Below, one piece after another: positions 1 through 14,305 of a stretch of DNA of 64,000 bases. The position numbers and the translations under genes are program-made. This stretch comes from Eledone cirrhosa (lineage: Eukaryota): the NCBI GenBank assembly GCA_964016885.1, contig OZ024743.1:257920001-257984000 (forward strand). The letters are read 5' to 3'. The notes below the pieces were generated by a model. That model was not told the origin of the DNA. It saw nothing but the letters and a program-made list of their open reading frames with translations, and made no database searches. Position 1 is the first letter of the stretch; each line of letters starts with the position of its first letter.

Positions 1-820
1 TGGTTGACTTACGTCTCCGAACATTCGTGTATTTACATGTAGATGTGTGTGTGCGCTTGTTATATACGTATTTATTTATTTATATACGTTTATATAATTA
101 TTTATTTATTTGTATACACGCTTACACACACACACACATATTTATATGTGCGTGGTTTTGTTTACCTATGGTAAGTTTTTGCGTATGCTTGTGTATGTAC
201 GTATTTGTTTCCGTGTATGTATTTATTTATTTCTATTACTTCTGTATTGTATTTATTTACTTTGTTCTTAACTCTGTAGCGGAGATTCATTCGGTCTCCT
301 AGTTAGAATTTAGTCTATGACTTCTGCTTACCATTTACGTGGTTTTGTCTTTGCGTGCTATTGTTCTTCACGCTCCACATATGACGTATTATCTTCGTTT
401 TTTTTCGTTTATTGCCAGAGAACGTCTCTATGCACCACCTAAGAGAAGATTAGTCTACCACCTCTTTTATACCATAAACGTGGTTCTGTCTTTGCGCGTA
501 ATTGTTTTTCACCGTTCCTATTAATGACGTATTATATTCATTTTTTCCCGTTCTTAGCCAGCGAACGTTTCCACGAACCAAAGTATCGTCTTCCTGTCTT
601 CCTCCGGTTGCAACGTTTTTTGAAATATCCAGTTCTGCGTTTACAGATTGACTTTGTTAGTTTCAGAAGATCCCATTAAGGGTGAAAGCAGCGATTCTTT
701 GCTTAAACTTTAATCTGTTATTTTAATAAATATTTGCTCTACGGTTATTATATATTTGATATATATTTATCCTTATCGAGCCCTCTTTGGATTTTAGTCT
801 TCAAATTTATTATTATTACT
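1..820 (+). mobile_element. 3' terminal region (pLTR/tail) of Naiad-type Penelope-like element, truncated by the window edge
   Basis: Reverse complement of 39288-40100 and homologous to the 3' UTR (40683-41630) of the Naiad-type ORF. It holds a ~140 bp internal tandem duplication (310-449/450-580) and an HHR, and ends at a (TA)n array. Confidence 0.85.
644..717 (+). ncRNA. Type I hammerhead ribozyme, variant core CAGAAGA (U4A)
   Basis: cagattga-[ctttgtt]-agttt CAGAAGA t-ccc-attaa-ggg-t GAA agcag-cgattct-ttgct T aaact-ttaatctg. Stems I (bulged), II and III all pair. Predicted cleavage is after CUU at 704. Confidence 0.7.
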
Positions 821-854
821 GTACATATATATATATATACATATATATATATAC

Positions 855-885
<31 letters not shown>

Positions 886-900
886 CATATATATATATAC

Positions 901-951
<51 letters not shown>

Positions 952-1000
952 CATATATATATACATTTATATATTTACACACATATATATATATGCATAC
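821..1000. repeat. (TA)n/(TATACA) microsatellite
   Basis: Direct reading. Confidence 0.95.
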
Positions 1001-1510
1001 ATACCCACTCTCATTCCCACCCTCATTCTCTCAGTATTCTTCCACCACCACCACTCTGTGTATTAACAAACAGATTTACTTTAGAAGAGTTTTATTGGAT
1101 ACATTTCTTTACACTCCTCACTTAACATTCAATCAGTCCCCAGATTCTTTCCAAAAGAGGAATTTTCTAAATCTGTCTCCTCTCTCTACTTTTCAAAAGT
1201 TCATGTTTCCTGGCATCCATCACTTCCTATTTTTACAACCACATCCACCTCTCCACCCTCCTCCTCATCTCCATTATTATCATTATTATTTGACTGACTG
1301 GTTTTCCCACTTCATTTAGCTTGACGTTCGTACAGTGTATGTTAAATGTGTAATCAGCGGAAGAAGACACACATTGACACAAGAAAAGGTAACCAAAGTT
1401 CAATACGATATAATTGTTTCAATTGTTTCCATTTATAGACTTTATAGATTAGTTGTCGTTCAACAATTTTACTGGATTTCATTCAGTAGAATTATTGTGT
1501 GTAAGCGTGT

Positions 1511-2034
1511 GATATATATACACATATATATATATATACACACACACATATACATACTAGTATATATATATATACACATATACATACATATACTTATACA
1601 TATACTCATATATTCATATATACATATATACACACATATATATTCATATATACATATATACACACACATATACATACTTATATATATATATATACACATA
1701 TACATATATACACACACAAATACATACTTATATATATATACACATATACATATATACATATATAACATATGTATACCTATATATATATATACACATATAC
1801 ATACATATACTTATACATATACACATATATTCATATATACACACACATATATATTCATATATACATATATACATATATACACACACATATACACACATAT
1901 ATATATATACACATATACATATATACACACATATACATACTTATATATATATACACATATACGTATATACATATATACATACGTATACTTATATATATAT
2001 ATATAATATATATATTCATATATACATATGTATA

Positions 2035-2068
<34 letters not shown>

Positions 2069-2994
2069 TATATACATACATATACTTATATATATATATA
2101 TATATATTCATATATACATATATATATACATATACTTATATATATATATATTCATATATACATAGATATATACATATACTTATATATATATATATTCATT
2201 CATATATACATAGATATATACATATACTTATATATATATATATTCATATATACATATATACATATACTTATATATATATATATTCATATATACATATATA
2301 TATACATATACTTATATATATATATATTCATATATACATATATATATACATATACTTATATATATATATATATATATTCATATATACATATACTTATATA
2401 TATATATTCATATATACATATATATATACTATATATACATATACTTTATATATATATATTCATATATACATATATATATACTATATATACATATACTTTA
2501 TATATATATATATATATATATTCATATATATATACATATACTTATATATATATATATTCATATATATATACATACACTTATATATATATATATTCATATA
2601 TATATATACATATACTTATATATATATATATATATATTCATATATATATATACATATACTTATATATATATATATATTCATATATACATATATATATACA
2701 TATACTTATATATATATATTCATATATACATATATATATATATATACTTATATATATATATTCATATATACTTATATATATATATTCATATATACATATA
2801 TATATACATATACTTATATATATATATTCATATATACATATATATATATATACATATACTTATATATATATATACATATACTTATATATATATATTCATA
2901 TATACATATATATATACATATACTTATATATATATATTCATATATACATATATATATATACTCGTATATACATATATATATATACATATACTTA

Positions 2995-3027
<33 letters not shown>

Positions 3028-3172
3028 TCATACATATATACATATACTTATATATATACATATATATTCATATATATATACATATACTTATATATATATA
3101 TATTCATATATATATATACATATACTTATATATATATATATATATTCATATATACATATATATATACATATA

Positions 3173-3220
<48 letters not shown>

Positions 3221-3260
3221 TATATATATATATATACATATACTTATATATATATATATA
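1511..3260. repeat. Compound (TA)n array with TATTCA/TACTTA/TACA variants
   Basis: Direct reading. It is the source of the spurious YI-repeat ORFs. Confidence 0.95.
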
Positions 3261-5775
3261 CTAGCAGAAGTAACCGGCGTTGCCCGGGTGTAAGTCGACC
3301 TTTGGTCTGTTAGAATGTGTGAAAGTTACTTCCCGCGCATCACAGGTTCAAAACATCGAACTTCAATGAAAAAAAATAGGTTAGTAGACACAGGTGTGTA
3401 ATTTATTAATTGTAGTTACACATTGTATCGTTGAAATTGTTCTCTGCACGACTGACGGAAGTCAAAATCGCTTGATATTGAATGTTCAGTTAATTTAAAG
3501 CAGGGTAAAAATGTCGATTACTTTCAGGGTTTTTTTTTTTTACAATTTTTGCGCTCACATGTGCAGAAGAAGAATTAAACGGGCCTTTATCTTAACAGCG
3601 GCATAATGGCGAGTCTTTTGTGACAATTTTCAAGAATATAGGACGTTCCTGTAAAAAGTTTTCCCATGTGTAATTTTGCCTTGTTTTTTGGCGCAAAGTC
3701 GAGCCCCGCTTCAGTTTTATTGATTTTTTACATCAATGCATGATCTCTAAAGTAGATTTGAGTAGCTAAAAACCTGTCCCGGTAAATTTACTATAGGTGA
3801 AAAAAAGTTGATCAAAATTGTATCTAGGGTTATTGCCCTTTGCCACAGCCTCAAGCCTCGTCTGACGGGATGTTGGTGATTCCTCCGTCAGCGCTTGTTG
3901 GCGACGAAGGCGAACATCAGCAAGCCTTGTCGTACGTGATGTTGGTGACTCAACCAGCCGGGAAAGAGGTCTATCAGCGAGTCGCGATTCGCGCTCAGCA
4001 GGTGTTTCGTAGAGAAAATTAATTAATTCTACTGGTTAGCTAAGCCAATGGCAGTGTCAATAGTAAATGGGAAAAGTCTAACATGAACAAAAGGGAATCA
4101 AGGTAAGACAATAAATTTAATATAACTACGATTAGAATGTTGTAGTTGCTTAAAAGTGGTGACAGTTAGGATCAACGCAGTACTTGCTAACATTAAGCGA
4201 GAATATTGCATAAAGGATTAAACAATTGTGAATGAACTCATACCTGAGAACGCCTAATTCGTTGTCTCAAAGCAGTAGCTGTACCTTTTTTGGAGGTAAG
4301 TCTTGAACGTTTCCGTGTGGGCATAACGACGTGTAACGAAGCTGTTAGGTTAGAGAGAGGTGATTAAATACAGAGAGAGATGACACCATATTCGTTAGCA
4401 TGGTTACTGGTGAATGGGAAGGTTTGGAACTATGATTACAATAACTTACCGAATTTTCCGGTCTATAAATTGCACTTAAAATAATTAAATTTAATCAAAA
4501 AACAGCTCTGCGCTTTATACTCCGGTGAGCCTTATGTATAAATAATACAATGGTAATCAATCACGGCTCTAACAGAAGTAATAGTTCTAGACTAAAAGTA
4601 AAGAAGATAGCATTTTCCTGGTTGGCCTTACACGCCGTTGCGCGGACCTGATTTTAAATGATACGCCTTATATCCTGGTGAACCTTATAGAGCGGAAAAT
4701 ATCTATTGGAAAAGAATACGAATTCATGACCAAGGTGTGACAAAATAGGCGTCTATACAGCGCCTGAAACAAACTTGTCCAAAACCCTAGGATTTTTCTC
4801 GTTAAGTATCCACCCAAAAGGAACCGTTTTTTAGTTACAAAAAATAACCAAAGTGTATAGTAGCTATATTTCTGACATATCATGCCAAAAAGAACAATAT
4901 ATTCAAAAAATGTTCTAAAGTACATTCAATCTCTCTTTTTGACCGATATCTTAATAAGCAAATTATCGATTTTTTATTGGCTGTCAGTGTCTATCTGCAT
5001 GCAGGTGTGCACGTGTTCGCAATTAATTGCAAATACGCTCATAACATTTAGTCGTAAGCAGAACAAAAAATGCCATTAGAGGCTAATAATGAAGACACAA
5101 ACCCTGGTGAACTTACGTTTAAACACCCGAAAAGTTACTCACTTCCTGTGCAAAAGACTGTATTATAAATTAAGTAATTTTTTAGAATCTTTTGTTTAAA
5201 AAAGGAAAACATTGGTACGGACGTAACATTTTTTACAACTTTGTATGTGTAGAATACAACTTGGTCAACGTATTATTTAGTAATTTTTTTTTTCAAAAAG
5301 CATGATTATTTAAGACTGTTTGAAAATTTACTCACAGCTTTTAGCATCACAAAAGACACCATTAAATTTGGTTCCCTTTTCAGATAGGGATAATACTGTA
5401 TTTCCACTTGATTAAGGTGGAATATGAAAAGATAAACTCTTTAATGGTCGGTCGTTTACTGAGACAGCTGGGAAGACATGCAGCTGGCCGTCCAATCAAT
5501 AACGCACGTCCTTATAAGGGCATATGAAATATATTTTTATTGCGCCAGATGTAAACTAAGAGTTCTTGTGTTCGAATTCACAGAAAATTTCATTGGAATC
5601 GAAAAACATTCTATCATAGGGCCCGATTATCGATTTTTCGAAAATTTCAAGTAGCCTATTCCACTCTACGCGTTGAGTTTTATATATGTGTGAGGTTTCA
5701 TGAAAATTGGATGAACGGTGTATCATGCAAGTTCGGAACACCAAACAATGTTCATCTTCCCTTTATATATATAGA
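3261..5775 (-). mobile_element. Non-autonomous Helitron
   Basis: The minus strand starts A|TCTATATATATAAAG (5775) and ends with hairpin CCGGGCAACGCCGG (3274-3287) then CTAG|T (3261). It is inserted between A and T with no TSD and retains N-terminal coding exons. Confidence 0.85.
3845..4324 (-). pseudogene. Helitron RepHel-like N-terminal fragment in two exons (4324-4244 and 4008-~3845) with STPR-like E[TS]P..R..RL repeats
   Basis: MPTRKRSRLTSKKGTATALRQRIRRSQ|ETPAERESRLADRPLSRLVESPTSRTTRLADVRLRRQQALTEESPTSRQTRLEA. The donor is CAG|GTATGAG; the acceptor reads ttttctcTAC instead of TAG. Confidence 0.65.
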
Positions 5776-5977
5776 TATATATTCATATATACATATATAT
5801 ATTTATTCATATATACATATACTTATATATATATATATATTCATATATATATATACATATACTTATATATAAATATATATATTTATATATATTTACACAC
5901 ACATATACATATATACACACATATACTTATATATATAAATATATATATACACACAGATACACATATACACACATACT

Positions 5978-6014
<37 letters not shown>

Positions 6015-7060
6015 AGATATACACTTATACATATATATATATATCCATATATACACTTAGATATATATATATATATATCCATATATATACTTATACATAC
6101 ATATATATATATACATATATATATATACATATATACACTTATACATACATATATATATATATACACTTATATATACATATATATATCCATATATACACTT
6201 ATACATACATATATATATATATACACTTTTATATACATATATTTATATATATACACATATATATATATACACATATACATATATATACATATATATACAT
6301 ATACTTATATATAGACACACATATATATATATACATATACATATATATATACATATACATATATATACATATATATACATATAATTATATATACATATAT
6401 ATACATATACTTATATATACATATACTTATATATACATATATATACATATACTTATATATACATATATATACATATACTTATATATACATATATATACAT
6501 ATACTTATATATATATACACATATATATATATATACACATATAGATATATATACACATATAGATATATATACATATATACATATACTTATATATATACTC
6601 ATATATATATATGCATATACTTATATGTATATACACATATATATATATACATATACTTATATATATACATATATATACACATATACTTATATATATATAT
6701 ACATATATATACACATATACTTATATATATATATACATATATATACACATATACTTATATATATATATACATATATATATACACATATACTTATATATAT
6801 ATATACATATATATACACATATACTTATATATATATATACATATATATACACATATACTTATATATATATACATATACATATACATACACATATACTTAT
6901 ATATATATATACATATATATACACATATACTTATATATATATATACATATATATATACATATACTTATATATATATATACATATATATATACATATACTT
7001 ATATATATATATATACATATATATACACATATACTTATATATATATATATATACACATAT

Positions 7061-7109
<49 letters not shown>

Positions 7110-7130
7110 TACACATATATATACACACAT

Positions 7131-7175
<45 letters not shown>

Positions 7176-7260
7176 TATATACACATTTAGACATATGTAC
7201 GTATATAAATAACATACATATACACATATATACATGTGCATATGTAAATACATACATACA
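5776..7260. repeat. Compound (TA)n/(TACA) array, continuation of 1511-3260
   Basis: Same TATTCA/TACTTA variant units on both sides of the Helitron. Confidence 0.9.
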
Positions 7261-7641
7261 TATTAATATCCAGCTGGGACTGGAATACAAATCTGTTCCC
7301 CCTATCTACCCATTCAATCAGCGTATGTTAAGCAAGAAGTTACAAGAAATGGAGTGAAAACATGCTATTTTCAAAATTACACTCTTCAATCAATCAATCT
7401 TAGAACTCTGAGATTTGATTTAGGATCACAACTGATTGATTTTTGTTTATATTCAACTTACAGATCAAAATTATATGGCTCATACATTTAATGGTGTTGT
7501 ATAAAGATTTAACTCTTTCATTGCCAGATTTCTAATAAAATATACTACTTGTAAAAATAATTCAAAATTTTGAGAGATTTGCTAATATATTATCACTAAC
7601 TTTCTCATTATTAAGCTAATATTTGAACATTATTTAACAAC

Positions 7642-7738
7642 AGGTTAACTTTGCCTTTCATCCTTATGGGGTCGATAAAATAAAGTACCAGTAATGTAGT
7701 GGATAATTGCTGGCCTTGTGCCAAAAGTAGAAACAATT
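7642..7738 (+). mobile_element. SINE family B, 3' fragment
   Basis: ggttaactttgcctttcatccttatggggtcgataaaataaagtacc...ggccttgtgccaaaagtagaaacaatt matches 47085-47260. Confidence 0.8.
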
Positions 7739-9996
7739 ATTTAACAACAGTTCATATATAAACTCTGATGGAAAATGTTCTCTTATAAATATTAACATTT
7801 TAACCCTTTTATTACGATATTTCTAATAGAATACACTACTTAAGAATTTTTAATCATTTTGTAAATAATCCAGATTTTAGAGGGATTTAGTAACGTAATT
7901 TATTAAGCTGGTGTTTGGAACACATATAAAGAATTGTATATAAAGTTATGATGGAAGGCTTTTAGGTAGATATAAACATAAAAAAACAGCTTACTATTAT
8001 AGAACTAAGGATGATTCCAGGCAGTTTAGAATCATATCAAAATGATTAATATTTACAACTACATTATATATTAATTAGTTTGATGATCAGTATCACATGT
8101 ATAAGCTTCATGCTACTAAAATAGATTCAAACTCACAACCCTTATTTTAACACTTAACCCTTTTGTGACCATAATTCTAACAGGGATTTATTGACTTTGT
8201 ATTTTTAATTATGAAAATAATCAAGAATTATGAGAGGTGTAGTGAGATAACTAACTTTCGCTTTATTAAACTGGTGTTAGGAACGTTGTGCAATAAATCT
8301 TCTTATAATGGAAGGGTTTAGATGACTATAAACACCTTTCAAACAAACAGCTTTGTATCACAGAATCTTAAAAATAAAATGCAAATATTTAACTTCTGAA
8401 ATTGAGTATTATCTGTGGTGTCATAATGACTTCAATTTAAATTTTAACACTTTAATAGAGACAGCTTGAAGCTGGCTTGTTAGAGTTAAATGGTCATTTC
8501 TATTGACATATGCACAGAGGCATGCAGACGTTAGGTGATGCTTGGAGCCAACTCCTTGACTGTATGACTGTAAAACTCAATATTGGGCCTAGTACTGAGA
8601 AATGTGAACAAGATTTTAAATATGTAAAAACAGATGAACATGAAATAAAGAACATAAACGAAAAAAAGACATTTCCTGCCATGTTCATTACCTCAGATGT
8701 TGTGCTAATCAACAGAGCAGATGAATAATCATACAGATCATTGGCTAAGTTTATTCAAACATGAGCATCGAATTCCAAGTAAATAAATTTCTTAGTTCTT
8801 TTATCAAGGCAGAAAACTAGGTGCAAATTTTGGATGGATGCTTGAAAAACCTAAGCAAGGGCAACCCTCAGTAGCCACAATGAATAGAGAACATTGCCAG
8901 GCACTTTGGCTGGATGCTTCCATCACCTGACCTAAAATGGATACCTACAATCATCACACCTTCTGCCCTACTCACTGCAGGCAATTGTATATACACAAAT
9001 AATACTGACATTTTATACTATTTAAATCCATCTTTTAGTGATGGAGATCGCCATCATTATCAGAAGATCATCATGATCAGAAGATCACGACCAGTTCCAC
9101 ATATTAGATCAAGGAAACCAGCCAAACAAAAGAATTTCAACTCCACATATGATACATGCCTGGGCAATATAGAGAATGGTTTCCAAGATGCAGAAACCAA
9201 GATGCAAGTCACCTCATGGACCCAGTGGACAGAATACAGATAGTGCTGGTCTTTTCCATTGCTGATATTATCTGTTAGTTGTAACTCCATTTTGACAGGA
9301 TTTCCAGATTTAGATGCCCTTCTTAATGCCATCCACTTTACAGATTGCCCTGGGTGCATTTTATCATGACACTAGCACTGTAACTATATAAGAATATATA
9401 TACTTCTAAAATATATATACTTCTGTAATTGTGTGCTTGTCTGTAATTTAATACAGCCAAAATGGTGCATAATGGGAAAATACTTTGAAAGGAAGTTGCC
9501 CCTGAAATGGGAATACAAATGGAGAAAACAAGTTTTGCGTGAATCGGGTACCTTTATAAATAGAGACAAAGAAAGATATATATATATATAGATATATATA
9601 TATAGAGAGAGAGAGAGAGAAAGAGAGAGAAGGGGGGAGAGAAGGAGACAGAGAAGGAAAATGGATGAGACAGAGAGCTGGTGGTGTTGTTGAATGAAAT
9701 TATAACAGGTGACTTCAAAGAATCTAATACACCATTACTGTATCTAACTCGAAATTGGTGACTGAATATTAAATTATATGTATCATATAACTTGTGTTAA
9801 GACAAGATGTTTGTAGCAAATATTACCTGCTAAATATGAAGGGTTTCTAAGAGTGTGTGTCTGTGTGTGTGTTTATATACACACACGTCTGTGTGTTTGT
9901 ACGTATGTATATATATATATGCGTGTGTGTGACCAGTGTATATAGTTCACAGACCCCACCCCCCACCCCCACCCCGCATATATATATATATATGAA

Positions 9997-10422
9997 GGCG
10001 CATGGCTTAGAGGTTAGAGTATTGGGCTTGCAATCGAAAGGTTGTGAATTCAATTCTCGGACCGGGTAATCTGTTGTTTCCTTGAGCAAGATATTGTATT
10101 CCACATTGCTCCAGTTTACTCAGCTGTAGAAATGAGATGATAGATATGGGGGTCCCTATCATTCCACTGTAAAGGGGTCGTGGAGGTGCCACGGCAAAAA
10201 AGCACCCAGCCCACACTGTAAAGCGGACGTGTAGGCGCCACATAAAAAAAGCAACAAGCACTCACTGTTAATGAGGTTGGTGTTAGGAAGGGCATCCAGC
10301 TGCAGAATCAGTTCCTGTATGAGCAAGGCAAGGTCAGCCGACCAGGCACTGGTCACAAGAGGGCAACCCGTCTAACCCATGCTATCGTGGAAGAACGGAC
10401 GAAAAATGATGATGATGATGAT
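9997..10422 (+). mobile_element. tRNA-derived SINE family A with RTE-derived 3' tail
   Basis: A-box-like tggcttagaggttag and B-box-like gaattcaattc, central ccttgagcaag..cagctgtagaaatgag, then ggaagggcatccagc and a (TGA)n tail. Other copies at 49346, 51109 and 52228. Confidence 0.85.
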
Positions 10423-10574
10423 ATATCATTCTCATGATCGTTTTTACATCCACTTTTCCATACTGGCATAAGTTGGATAGGATGTTTCGAGAGGGTACTT
10501 TACAGCCAGATGTCTTTCCAGATGCAAACGAATTTACGGAGTATACTGAGTGTATTTTATGACATCAAGACTAT

Positions 10575-10621
<47 letters not shown>

Positions 10622-10713
10622 GTGGTGGAACATTGGAAGGTAATATCTGTAGTGGTAGAGCACTCAGTCCAAGGGACGAGTTAGGTAGAAGTGGTTACAT
10701 AACAGTTAGTTCA

Positions 10714-10769
10714 CCATACCGAGAACAATTGTTTCACCTTCGCGGATCTTCAGCTCGGGATGTGTATGG
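10714..10769 (-). ncRNA. Type I hammerhead ribozyme (canonical core) in a ~245 bp insert (10621-10865) between (TA)n tracts
   Basis: Minus strand: ccata-[cacatc]-ccgag CTGAAGA t-cc-gcgaa-gg-t GAA acaattgt T ctcgg-tatgg. Stem I is perfect and stem III is palindromic. Confidence 0.85.
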
Positions 10770-10985
10770 TTATAGGAACAGGAAAGGACAACGGTATGAA
10801 CGCGCATGCGCAGAAACTCAGTCACTTCACACAGGCAATACTACACTGCGTGCGGGAGGTGTCATACATATATATATATATACATATATATACATATATA
10901 CATATACATATATACATATATATATATATATACATAAATATATATACATATACATATATACATATATATATACATATATATATAT

Positions 10986-11629
10986 ATTGTTATACTTGGG
11001 GAGGGTCATATTTGCGTAATATTGCCAGAATTAATAACAGAACACACTCACTGTTTGGTTGGTTTTCGCTTCTCGCTGTCTTTTATATCTGCGATCTAAC
11101 TTAATCGGTCCTCAATGTTGCCATTGACTGACCGACGGTCAAAAATAATACAGATACAATATAGACACAAACACATATATATAGTTTACATAATTTACAT
11201 AAATCTTTCGTTGCACATCTGCAACATCGTCAGTGGTGTTATATTTTTTCCTCCTGTTGTGTTGTATGTCTACGCCATTTTTTATTCAGTCTGTCTATAT
11301 ATTTATTTATTTATTTGCTTGTTTGTTTATTTTATTTTGTCTTCTTTGCGCATGCGTTTGCGTGTGTGTATAATGTTATGTGTGCTGTGTGACTAGTGTG
11401 TATAGTGTTGTGTCTGCTGGGTGACTATGTGTTTGTCTATATTGTATCTGTATTATTTTATTTTTGACCGCCGGTCAGTCAATGGCAACATTGAGGACCG
11501 AGTAAGTTAGATCGCAGATATATATATATAAAAGACAGCGAGAAGCGAAAACCAACCAAACAGTGAGTGTGTTCTGTTATTAATTCTGGCAATATTACGC
11601 AAATATGACCCTCCCCAAATATAACAATA
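10986..11629 (-). mobile_element. Fold-back PLE-tail element with ~190-200 bp inverted arms (10986-11185 / 11424-11629) and an HHR
   Basis: The arms are near-perfect reverse complements and the element is flanked by (TA)n. An HHR core lies at 11170-11240. Confidence 0.75.
11170..11240 (-). ncRNA. Type I hammerhead ribozyme with stem I interrupted by a (TA) expansion
   Basis: aacacca CTGACGA t-gttgca-gatg-tgcaac GAAAgattta...aaaCTA tatata tgtgtt. Confidence 0.6.
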
Positions 11630-11802
11630 CATATATATATACATATATATATATACATATATATATATACATATATACATATATATATATATACATATAT
11701 ACATATACATATATACATATATACATATATATATATACATATATATACATATATATATATACATATATATACATATATATATATATACATATATAAATAT
11801 AC

Positions 11803-11833
<31 letters not shown>

Positions 11834-12334
11834 CATATATATATATACATATATATATATACATATATATACATATATATATACATATATATATATACAT
11901 ATATATATATACATATATATATATACATATATATATACATATATATATATATACATATATATATATACATATATATATATACATATATATATACATATAT
12001 AGATATACATATATATATACATATATATATATACATATATATACATATATATATACATATATATATACATATATATATATACATATATATACATATATAT
12101 ATACATATATATATATACATATATATATATACATATAAATACATATACATATATATACATATATATATATACATATATATACATATACATATATATACAT
12201 ATATATATATACATATATATACATATATATATTTACATATATATACATATATATATATACATATAAATACATATACATATATATACATATATATATATAC
12301 ATATATATACATATATATATATACATATATATAC

Positions 12335-12365
<31 letters not shown>

Positions 12366-12392
12366 CATATATATATATATACATATATATAT
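11630..12392. repeat. (TA)nCA microsatellite
   Basis: Direct reading. Confidence 0.95.
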
Positions 12393-12690
12393 ATTGTTAT
12401 ACTTGGGAAGGGTCATATTTGTGTAATATTGCCAGAATTAATAACAGGACACACTCACTGTTTGGTTGGTTTTCGCTTCTGTGTCTTTTATATCGGTAAT
12501 CTAATTTACTCGGTCCTCAATGTTGCCATTGACTGACCGATGGTCAAAAATAATACAGATACAATATAGACACAAACACATATATATAGTTTATCATAAA
12601 TCTTTCGTTGCACATCTGCAACATCGTCAGTGGTGCTATTGTTTCCTCCAGTTGCATTGTATGTCTACGCTATTTTTATTCAGTCTGTCT
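12393..12690 (-). mobile_element. Second copy of the 10986 PLE-tail family, with HHR core at 12575-12635
   Basis: Colinear with 10986-11300 and has the same CTGACGA-tgttgcagatgtgcaac-GAAA core. Confidence 0.8.
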
Positions 12691-12901
12691 ATATATACAT
12701 ACATATATATATACACACACATATATATATGTATATATATATGTATATATATATGTATATATATATGTATATATATATATATGTATATATATATGTATAT
12801 ATATATGTATATATATATATGTATATATATATATGTATATAAATATATGTATATATATATGTATATATATATATGTATATAAATATATGTATATATATAT
12901 G

Positions 12902-12936
<35 letters not shown>

Positions 12937-13036
12937 GTGTGTATATATATGTATATATATATGTATATATATACTTATATATATATATACATACATATAT
13001 ATATACATACATATATATATACATATATATATATAC

Positions 13037-13079
<43 letters not shown>

Positions 13080-13156
13080 TATATACATATATGTATATAC
13101 ATATATATATATACATATATGTATATACATATATATATATACATATATATATATAC

Positions 13157-13201
<45 letters not shown>

Positions 13202-13428
13202 TATATACATATATGTATATACATATATATATATACATATATGTATATACATATATATATATACATATATATATATACATATATATATATACATATATAT
13301 ATATACATATATATATATACATATATATATATACATATATATATATACATATATATATATACATATATATATACATATATATATATACATATATATATAT
13401 ACATATATATATATACATATATATATAC

Positions 13429-13465
<37 letters not shown>

Positions 13466-13782
13466 CATATATATATACATATATATACATATATATATAC
13501 ATATATATATACATATATATATACATATATATACATATATATATACATATACATATACATATATATATACATATACATATATATATACATATATATATAC
13601 ATATATATATACATATATATATACATATACATATATATATACATATATATACATATATATATACATATATATATACATATATATATACATATACATATAT
13701 ATATACATATATATACATATATATATACATATATATATACATATATATATACATATACATATATATATACATATATATATAC

Positions 13783-13813
<31 letters not shown>

Positions 13814-13854
13814 CATATATATATACATATATATATATATACATATATATATAC

Positions 13855-13891
<37 letters not shown>

Positions 13892-13904
13892 CATATATAT
13901 ATAC

Positions 13905-13950
<46 letters not shown>

Positions 13951-14028
13951 ATACATATATAGATATATACATATATATATATATACATATATAGATATAT
14001 ACATATATATATATACATATATATATAC

Positions 14029-14059
<31 letters not shown>

Positions 14060-14086
14060 CATATATATACATAAACATATATATAC

Positions 14087-14117
<31 letters not shown>
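12691..14117. repeat. (TA)nTG then (TA)nCA microsatellite
   Basis: Direct reading; polarity switches near 12970. Confidence 0.95.
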
Positions 14118-14269
14118 AAATACGTAGTTAAGAAAGCCACAACAATGCAGAGGGGAATCTCGAGGTAGGAAGTGAATGATAGATAGGAGAAACAGGTGAA
14201 AGTGAAAATTGAGAGAGACAAAGATGAAAACAAAACAAAGGTAGAAGGGATACCGTAGTGGAGATTTAA

Positions 14270-14305
14270 TCCCAATATTTCGGGCTCACGCCCATCAACG
14301 GGGGA
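14270..14305 (-). ncRNA. Degenerate minimal hammerhead in the PLE 3' tail
   Basis: tccc CCGTTGA t-gggc-gtga-gccc GAA atat T ggga. The stems are intact but the core has two deviations. Confidence 0.45.

Noticed and set aside
1290-1405. Possible HHR remnant in insert 1000-1510
   Set aside because: Both the core and GAAA are defective; too degenerate to call
8500-9243. Short ORFs (72 and 109 aa) as host exons
   Set aside because: No recognisable domain and no convincing splice sites
9997-10070. tRNA gene (also 49650-49725, 51385-51456, 52228-52290)
   Set aside because: These tRNA-like heads are fused to SINE bodies and lack an acceptor stem and a terminator
11485-11580. HHR built on TTGAGGA...CGAAA in the inverted arm
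   Set aside because: Stems II and III could not be paired consistently, and U3 is not compensated at position 8
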